In this document: one piece after another, positions 57,482 through 64,000 of the stretch
Layout: each line of letters begins with the position of its first letter
Position numbering within the stretch: position 1 is the stretch's first letter
Assembly (NCBI GenBank): GCA_965261545.1
Contig: CBDHDF010000010.1
Span: 320,001-384,000, forward strand
Source: Bdellovibrionales bacterium
GTDB taxonomy: Bacteria > Bdellovibrionota > Bdellovibrionia > Bdellovibrionales > UBA1609
DNA length: 64,000 bases
Direction of reading: 5' to 3'
Made by a program: the position numbers and the translations under genes
Notes under the pieces: generated by a model
Seen by the model: the letters and a program-made list of their open reading frames with translations, nothing else
Databases searched by the model: none
Told to the model about the DNA's origin: nothing

Positions 57482-59305
57482 TCATTGCGAACCCATGGGA
57501 TTTTCACTCCTTTTTGCTTGAATCCGAGAGGATGGTCTTTTAGAGTTGCGGTTCATAAGATACTTAACCACCCACTCGCCAGCTCGTGGATGCTGGGTAT
57601 TGATATTTAAGACGGCTTTCAATCGTTGGGGTTGACTGATAAGACCAGGATAAGTTGTATTGACAACAATCAACCGAGACTTTGTTGCATTGGTCAAGTG
57701 ATTGAGTATCCTTGCTGTCCCAACTCCTGAAACATAAAAAAGACCTATATTCTGAGGTTTTTTTTCCATAACTTTATCTATGGACAAAAACTTCTTCTTT
57801 CTAAGAAGGTAAAGAGTAGGTTTTGCTAGGGTTCTTTTTTTTATGTTTTTGTAAAAAGATGAATGTGCTGTAAAAACTTTTATTTTCTGTGACTTATCCA
57901 TGGATCCTTTAAGGTGCGGATATTTTTTAAAAGAAGTTCTCATATTTTCTATCAAAACAGATGATATAAGCTGATCCATATTTCTTTGATAATCTCTTAT
58001 AATGTGAGAAAGTCTCTTTTGAGGTTGCCTCTGAGGTGTTGAATTAAAAAGACCAATTCTATTTTTTTCTTTCAATATACGTTCAAGGCTTTCGTTGAAT
58101 CTCTGAGTTGTAATACGACCATTTTTTATAGCGCGATAAACAGCCTTGTAGGCTTTTTCTTGCCTCCCATAGGTTCCGCTCATGATGAGAATGTCACAAC
58201 CAGCCTGAATGGCCTCAATGGCTCTTTCTCCTATGTCTGGGATAAAGTCAGCTCCTGCCATTTCAAGGTCATCGGTAATAACAAGGCCATTGTAGCCATA
58301 TCTTTTTCTTAATAAGTTCTTTATAAGTATTCGAGAAAATGTAGCTGGCCGTCCAGAACCATCAATATTTGGGAAAGCAATATGAGCCACCATAATGGCA
58401 AAGGGGATACCAGAGGCAATAAACTGCCTAAAAGGTCGAGAACCATGGACATCAAGTTCTTGAGCCGTAGATAGTTTTGTAGGCAATCGAAAATGGCTAT
58501 CTTGAACAAGTCCGCCATGCCCTGGGAAATGCTTCAGTGTGGGAATAATATTTTGGTAGCTCAATGCTTCTACAAAGGGTTGAGCCATGCCCTGAATCAT
58601 TTCATAATTTTCACCATAGGATCGGTTGCCAATAAAGCTTCTTTTGTAAGGGTTTGAAGCATCGATAACAGGAGCTAGATTCATATGAAATCCTAAATTA
58701 TTTAGCAAATGGCCTGTCAAGTTACCAAGGCGCCGGCTATAAGATTGTTTTTGAGTCATACCTATGGACAAAGCACTGGGGGGTGGAGGACCTGTTACAA
58801 TGCGCGTAACAAAACCCCCTTCTTGATCCACCATGATAAATGGGGTGACTCCTGTTTGTTGAGTGATGAGTTGTGTGATCTGTTTATTGAGTTGGGCAAT
58901 CCTATAGGGAGAAGCAATATTTCTTTTAAACGTAATAATGGATCCTGGTCTAAGATTGTAGATAACTCTTCTTGAGTTTTTATTAATTTTGTTTCCCAAA
59001 TAACTAAAAGCAAAGAGCTGGCCAACCTTATCTTTAAAAGATATTTCATTTATGATGCTTTGGACATCAAAATCTTTGGATTGTGTTATTTTGGTGGTTA
59101 AATTTGATTTAATTATTGGATATTCTTTTGTTGTTGAATGTGTTTTATATGAAATTTCTTGTTTTTGTTTATATTGGAATTCTTGTCTCCTGGATGCATG
59201 GCTTACTGTAAAATGGACTGGTATTAAAATAAAGGCTAGTGATAAAGCAAAGAAAAATAGAGTGAAAGAGGAATATTTTTTATATTTATATAAAGTGTAT
59301 ATCAA
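57482..59305 (-). CDS. nagZ: Glycoside hydrolase family 3, beta-N-acetylhexosaminidase-like
   Basis: DQEGG.V.R, APV.D, KHFPGHG....DSH, ITDDLEM. Confidence 0.85.
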   Translation of the reverse strand: MIYTLYKYKKYSSFTLFFFALSLAFILIPVHFTVSHASRRQEFQYKQKQEISYKTHSTTKEYPIIKSNLTTKITQSKDFDVQSIINEISFKDKVGQLFAFSYLGNKINKNSRRVIYNLRPGSIITFKRNIASPYRIAQLNKQITQLITQQTGVTPFIMVDQEGGFVTRIVTGPPPPSALSIGMTQKQSYSRRLGNLTGHLLNNLGFHMNLAPVIDASNPYKRSFIGNRSYGENYEMIQGMAQPFVEALSYQNIIPTLKHFPGHGGLVQDSHFRLPTKLSTAQELDVHGSRPFRQFIASGIPFAIMVAHIAFPNIDGSGRPATFSRILIKNLLRKRYGYNGLVITDDLEMAGADFIPDIGERAIEAIQAGCDILIMSGTYGRQEKAYKAVYRAIKNGRITTQRFNESLERILKEKNRIGLFNSTPQRQPQKRLSHIIRDYQRNMDQLISSVLIENMRTSFKKYPHLKGSMDKSQKIKVFTAHSSFYKNIKKRTLAKPTLYLLRKKKFLSIDKVMEKKPQNIGLFYVSGVGTARILNHLTNATKSRLIVVNTTYPGLISQPQRLKAVLNINTQHPRAGEWVVKYLMNRNSKRPSSRIQAKRSENPMGSQ

Positions 59306-59508
59306 AGTAAGTCCTTTATATTTTATATTCCATTTTCTATACTCCGTAGTATCAATTTTATATATGATTTATTTATCGGTCTTCTTGTTTTATTATCTGA
59401 ATGGACCTTTTATTATCTATTGGCTTGTGGCCCCTCTAGTTCACTGGTTCGTTGTCCGGGCAGATCCACTCTGGCCACCTAGTCTAAGGTCGTGCTTGTG
59501 AGGTCGAC

Positions 59509-60276
59509 TTATTTCTTTTGGCCAAGATACCTTACCATAACGATAGAAAATTCATACAAGAAAATAAGGGGAATCATCATGGCAAGCATACTAATCACAT
59601 CGGGCGGAGTTATGATGGCTGCAAGAGCAGCCAAAAAAACAATAGCAATTCGCCGTTGAGCTATGAGGAGATGATGGTCAATAATTCCCATCATGCTCAA
59701 GATAGTGAGTATTAAGGGCAATTCAAAGGCTCCTCCAAAGACCAGAGTGACGGTTATAAAAAATGAAAGGTATTCTTTAATTGTAATCATAGCTACATCT
59801 GTGGTGCCTCCAAACATCAATAAGAACTCAAATGTTATGGGAAAAACAAATAAGTACACAAAGCTAACTCCACTAAGAAAAAGAATGGAACCCAAGGCAA
59901 TAAAACTGATGCCATATTTTTTTTCATTGGCATAAAGACCTGGAGAAATAAATCTCCAAATCTGATATACCCAATAAGGGCAGGTAATAATAGTACCAGA
60001 AAATAAAGACACCTTAACATGAGCCATAAATTTATCCATAGGATGTGTAAAAACCAATCCTCCTTCATTTAAAAAGGGGATAATGGGGTGCCGTATGAAG
60101 TCAAATATCTCAGAACTAAACGTCCAGCAAATGGTAAATCCAACGAGAATACCAGCGAGGGAGTGTATAAGGCAAGACCTTAGCTCAGTAAGATGTTCTT
60201 TGAGGGACTGGTGTTTGTCTTCAGCTTGATTCATGGGGTGAATCTTTATGGGAGTCTTTGTTAGGTTTTTCCGCAT
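59509..60276 (-). CDS. tatC: Twin-arginine translocase TatC (true start probably ATG 60234)
   Basis: EHLTELR, YQIWRFISPGLY..EK, FELP, ITPPD. Confidence 0.95.
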   Translation of the reverse strand: MRKNLTKTPIKIHPMNQAEDKHQSLKEHLTELRSCLIHSLAGILVGFTICWTFSSEIFDFIRHPIIPFLNEGGLVFTHPMDKFMAHVKVSLFSGTIITCPYWVYQIWRFISPGLYANEKKYGISFIALGSILFLSGVSFVYLFVFPITFEFLLMFGGTTDVAMITIKEYLSFFITVTLVFGGAFELPLILTILSMMGIIDHHLLIAQRRIAIVFLAALAAIITPPDVISMLAMMIPLIFLYEFSIVMVRYLGQKK

Positions 60277-60508
60277 TTTTTATTTGTTTGAGAGACTTTT
60301 GTATTTCACTCTGGACCTTGCTTTGATCCTCACTCTTAACACCAGACTGAATGTCAGATAAAGAGCTTGTGATTTCTTCTGAAATTCTTTTAAATTCATT
60401 AAGAAGTCGAGCCACACCATGGGCGACTTTGGGAATTTGTTGAGGACCAATAACAATGAGGGCCAAGGAGGCGAGAACTAAAATTTCCACCATTCCTAAA
60501 TTAAACAT
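60221..60508 (-). CDS. tatB: Twin-arginine translocase TatA/TatB family
   Basis: MFNLGMVEIL..ALIVIGPQQIP, upstream of tatC. Confidence 0.85.
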   Translation of the reverse strand: MFNLGMVEILVLASLALIVIGPQQIPKVAHGVARLLNEFKRISEEITSSLSDIQSGVKSEDQSKVQSEIQKSLKQIKNAEKPNKDSHKDSPHESS

Positions 60509-60571
60509 TCAACTGAGTGCCTCCCTAATATTATGACTTTGATTAACATACACCTCTCACTAAAATAAAAC

Positions 60572-60610
60572 TAATGATTTCAAGAGATTCTTCTTAAGGA
60601 AACGGCATTG
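60572..60610. mobile_element. Isolated IS4-type end remnant
   Basis: 39 bp matching 38271-38309 with 2 mismatches, including the full IR. Confidence 0.75.
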
Positions 60611-60614
60611 GCTC

Positions 60615-62975
60615 TTAGATATTCGATTTAAGAAAAGTCAAAACCTTAATTATATGAAGTCTTTCGGCATTTAAAACACGCTTTTCAGGCAATCTTTTCC
60701 AATGATAAAAGCGAAAACCCAAAAGCTTGTCATCACGACCTCCCCCCGGTACAGTCCCATATTTGAGCAAAAAGCTCAGTAAGGTAGAGAACTCAGCCTC
60801 TTCCAGCTGGGAAAAGCCAGTCCAACGAGAGCTAAAAATTGGAAAGAAAAGAGGGACAGACCTCTCGGCTTCCCCTAAGCTTAGGAGTTGATTGAGGTTT
60901 GTGTCATACCTTAGCACTAAAGTCTCTACATAACTGATTAAAGACAACATTCTTACTATATAACTCTTGGTAATCAAACCGGATTTCTGGGAGCCCCCCC
61001 CTAGAGCTGCATCTAAGGCTATTGACATCTCAGCCCATGAGGAATCTGACAAAGCCCTCACATAGTCACTCAGGTCACTCATGGCCCCAAAGTGATGAAT
61101 AATTTGAAATCGAAGGGCCTCCCAATAACAAGAGGCCTTGAGTTCTTCAGAAGTATGAGGGGCCACTAAGCAGTGACTCATATTTGAAACAAGAAAATTA
61201 GCTCGCCTAAAGCTAGTCAATACATAATCTAAATAGGCCACACCCTCCCCTAGGCTCAACTTTTGGTCTCCATCAGACCATGGGGTAAAAAGGCTCGCTT
61301 CCACAAATAGGCTCCGGTAAAAAGAATCATTTTCCTCAGACATCAATCCAAAAGCCACCAAAAAAGGCTTCAACTCAACATAGGCTACCCCTAGTTGCTT
61401 TTCCGTTAAACCAGCACCCTCACCCTCATCACCCTCAGAAGGTTTATCGGAATAAGACCTTACCAACTGCCTTATAAGTGCCCTCTTCCAGTTAAGAGAA
61501 GATAAGTCCTCAGTTGTCCAACTTAAATTTAATAGCCTCCTAGACAAATTCAAATGGCCTTCACGATCCTTGTGCAAAGGCCAAGGAGCACAAAGAACCA
61601 GTCTTCTCATTTCATTAACTCCACCCACTCCTTCAATTTGACCACACTGAAGCTTTTCAGACTTCTCTCCACTTTCTCCATGGATAAGTCGCCCCTCGTT
61701 AATAAATGTCTGTGTCACAGCCCAATCTTGAAACTCAGCTCTTAAAATCTCTAAGTGAGCAAAACCAAAACTTTGGAATGGTTGACTGACAGCAGTTTCT
61801 ATGGATCGAATGCTCCCAAGAGGTTCCATAAGAAATCGATGAACCAGCAAGTTCCAACCTGATTTTATAAGGCTTCCAGACCACCGACCCTGAGGAAGAA
61901 GCCCCACAGATTCCAAGGTATCTATCAAATAATAAAAATCACGACTGGTAAGGCTATACCCCTTTTCTGGTCCTTTTCCAGGTTCCTTTTTTAGAAGCTT
62001 CTCTACTTTGGCGCCATAGATCCGTTGGTTAGATAAAATCTCAGCAAGAAGTCTCTCTACTTTATTAACCATAGAGTAAACTTGATGAAAGCCTTGTCCA
62101 TGTGTCAATGGCTGGCCATGAAGAAAATACCTATAGCGGGTGTAGGTCTCAAAGGTGCGAATGCCTACTTTAAAAAATAAATCCCACTCCCCCGGCTGAA
62201 CAGTTAAGCTTGAACCAATAAGCAACTCCTTGCTTGCGAGAAAGACATCTAGCCACTGACGAAGGTCGAGATTAAAAAAGGATATTTGAAGATCAAGGGA
62301 CTCCACAAATCGAATCAATACCTCTGTGTTCAATTGAGCCTTATTGACCTCCATCCACAAGCCAAACCTGCTAAGAGTCATCTCAAGGTCTTGGAAAGCC
62401 TGATCCACTTGAAACACTGCCGGCGACTTAGAAGCCCCCCCTTTTTTCCCAAACAAAGTGGGCCAATGGGCATAAAGGCGATGAGTAAGAGTATCCAACT
62501 CTTGAAACAATTCTCTTGCCTTCATAAGATCCTGAGGTGTTACAAACTGCACACTTGCAGGGTTATTTTTAGATAACAAAGCTGATTTAAGACTCATAAG
62601 AGATTGAAATAGATCATCACTCATATGAAAATTAAAATATTCGGCCAAAAAGCCCCTGACCTCTTCGTCTCGATATTTCTCCTCGACCTTACCATCCACA
62701 TATTTTTCAAACAAAGTGAGAGCTGAATCCATACAACTCCAAAACTCCTTCAACTCCTCTTCACTGATTCTATGGTTAAGATATCGATCCAAAGTTTCGG
62801 AAAAATTAGAAATGCACTCAAGCTTAAGACCTTTCATATTTATTTCATTGGCATTTTTGAGCTCTTGCTCCTCATTTCTTTCTGCACAATGAGTGATAAA
62901 AGTGAGCATAAAAAGACCAATAGAAATAAACCCTAAAGACTTGGGCACCAACCTATATAAATTTCTAAAAATCAT
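60615..62975 (-). CDS. Large hypothetical protein, possible lipoprotein
   Basis: 786-aa ORF, hydrophobic N-terminus followed by Cys. Confidence 0.75.
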   Translation of the reverse strand: MIFRNLYRLVPKSLGFISIGLFMLTFITHCAERNEEQELKNANEINMKGLKLECISNFSETLDRYLNHRISEEELKEFWSCMDSALTLFEKYVDGKVEEKYRDEEVRGFLAEYFNFHMSDDLFQSLMSLKSALLSKNNPASVQFVTPQDLMKARELFQELDTLTHRLYAHWPTLFGKKGGASKSPAVFQVDQAFQDLEMTLSRFGLWMEVNKAQLNTEVLIRFVESLDLQISFFNLDLRQWLDVFLASKELLIGSSLTVQPGEWDLFFKVGIRTFETYTRYRYFLHGQPLTHGQGFHQVYSMVNKVERLLAEILSNQRIYGAKVEKLLKKEPGKGPEKGYSLTSRDFYYLIDTLESVGLLPQGRWSGSLIKSGWNLLVHRFLMEPLGSIRSIETAVSQPFQSFGFAHLEILRAEFQDWAVTQTFINEGRLIHGESGEKSEKLQCGQIEGVGGVNEMRRLVLCAPWPLHKDREGHLNLSRRLLNLSWTTEDLSSLNWKRALIRQLVRSYSDKPSEGDEGEGAGLTEKQLGVAYVELKPFLVAFGLMSEENDSFYRSLFVEASLFTPWSDGDQKLSLGEGVAYLDYVLTSFRRANFLVSNMSHCLVAPHTSEELKASCYWEALRFQIIHHFGAMSDLSDYVRALSDSSWAEMSIALDAALGGGSQKSGLITKSYIVRMLSLISYVETLVLRYDTNLNQLLSLGEAERSVPLFFPIFSSRWTGFSQLEEAEFSTLLSFLLKYGTVPGGGRDDKLLGFRFYHWKRLPEKRVLNAERLHIIKVLTFLKSNI

Positions 62976-63939
62976 AACGAACTCCTAAACTCACCACATC
63001 ATGATAGCGATAGCGACGGGTCAAACCCGTCTCAAACTTTGGCTCTATATCACCAAAAACCTCAAAAATATGCCATTTTAAGTAGGTCACAAGTTGAGGG
63101 GTCCAGTGCAGACCTAAAAATGATTTCATAAAAAGCCCATTTTGTTCCCAGTCGTAGAATGCAGAAAATTTACTACTAAACTTAGACCCTAAAAAGGGTT
63201 CCAAAAATCGATTCATCCCTAAAAATGTTGTATGAGTGAGTTCATACCGAGACCCAAAGTAAGATTTTTCTCCCGAAAAATCACCAATATCTTTAGCTAA
63301 ACCCCCATTGACATAGGAGTGCCCCATAAAAAACTCCGGCGCTTTTGTGGACTCACTCCACCCCTTCGATAGGCCCATGGTATATACATAGGCATCTGTC
63401 ATATTTTGAATGAGATAATTACCCCCTTCATACTTATCCCGAGAGACAAGAGGCTGATCGTGGGTGACATCCAACTCGAACTTCCAAAGACCTCGCTTCC
63501 AAGTAAGTTCATGGGTCCAAAGCCTGTGGTACTCAACAGATAAATGCATCGCCAATTCAATATGAGACTCTCCACGATCAATGGCTCCAATATTCAAAGA
63601 CACCGGAGTGTAAAGATGAAATTGATTCATAGGCTTATAAGCCAAAGAAAAGCCCCACCGAAGATCCTCACTTTCCCATTCTAACTTGGTCGCCGCTCCC
63701 GGAGATCTTAACAAAATATCTTTTGTGGAAGCCACAACAAGGCGACTCCTAATATCTACACTTTTACCATTGATAGAGGTACTCTCTAAAGACGACAAAA
63801 ACCAGGGGTTGGCTGATCTAAACACTCCATTTTCTTCCTGAATGTAGGGCAGAGTGTCAGGCATAAAAAAAGGGGTCACCGCAGCCACCCAACGAAACCC
63901 CCCCTTGTTTTGAGGTGATTTTAAAAACAACCCCATCAA
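62965..63939 (-). CDS. Hypothetical outer-membrane beta-barrel-like protein; probably continues beyond window
   Basis: C-terminal LGVRYDF, alternating aromatic pattern. Confidence 0.6.
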   Translation of the reverse strand: MMGLFLKSPQNKGGFRWVAAVTPFFMPDTLPYIQEENGVFRSANPWFLSSLESTSINGKSVDIRSRLVVASTKDILLRSPGAATKLEWESEDLRWGFSLAYKPMNQFHLYTPVSLNIGAIDRGESHIELAMHLSVEYHRLWTHELTWKRGLWKFELDVTHDQPLVSRDKYEGGNYLIQNMTDAYVYTMGLSKGWSESTKAPEFFMGHSYVNGGLAKDIGDFSGEKSYFGSRYELTHTTFLGMNRFLEPFLGSKFSSKFSAFYDWEQNGLFMKSFLGLHWTPQLVTYLKWHIFEVFGDIEPKFETGLTRRYRYHDVVSLGVRYDF

Positions 63940-64000
63940 GCCTTGGGATTCAGGTTCGCTGCGACTCCAATAAAAGCGAGGCTCCCACAGCCCTCTCCCA

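Overview
Bacterial chromosomal window; gene content and the split b'-b-delta-alpha-gamma-beta-epsilon ATP synthase operon suggest a Bdellovibrionota-like organism (inference). Housekeeping blocks (fatty-acid oxidation alpha subunit, pgi, ppx, gatCAB, nth, pyrE, tRNA-Arg(TCG), ABC exporter, alanine/glycine symporter, thyA-folA, atp operon, nagZ, tatBC) surround two heavily IS-invaded regions (2.3-8.5 kb and 22.4-45.9 kb). Twelve complete IS copies with readable ends and target duplications cover about 22 kb, with nesting up to three deep; three IS1634-family insertions have 134, 175 and 291 bp target duplications. Removing the IS layers by hand reconstructs a hidden locus: a prepilin-type gene with an in-frame TGA, 137 bp upstream of a 286-aa YVDD reverse transcriptase. 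This locus sits in a tandem mosaic array of internally deleted copies of chromosomal genes (ABC exporter, pgi), often joined at microhomologies, plus two Rpn-family nuclease genes. A reversed-order HipA-kinase / HipS-HTH pair with operator palindromes lies at 49.5-51.3 kb. All coordinates were read by hand and no database searches were run.
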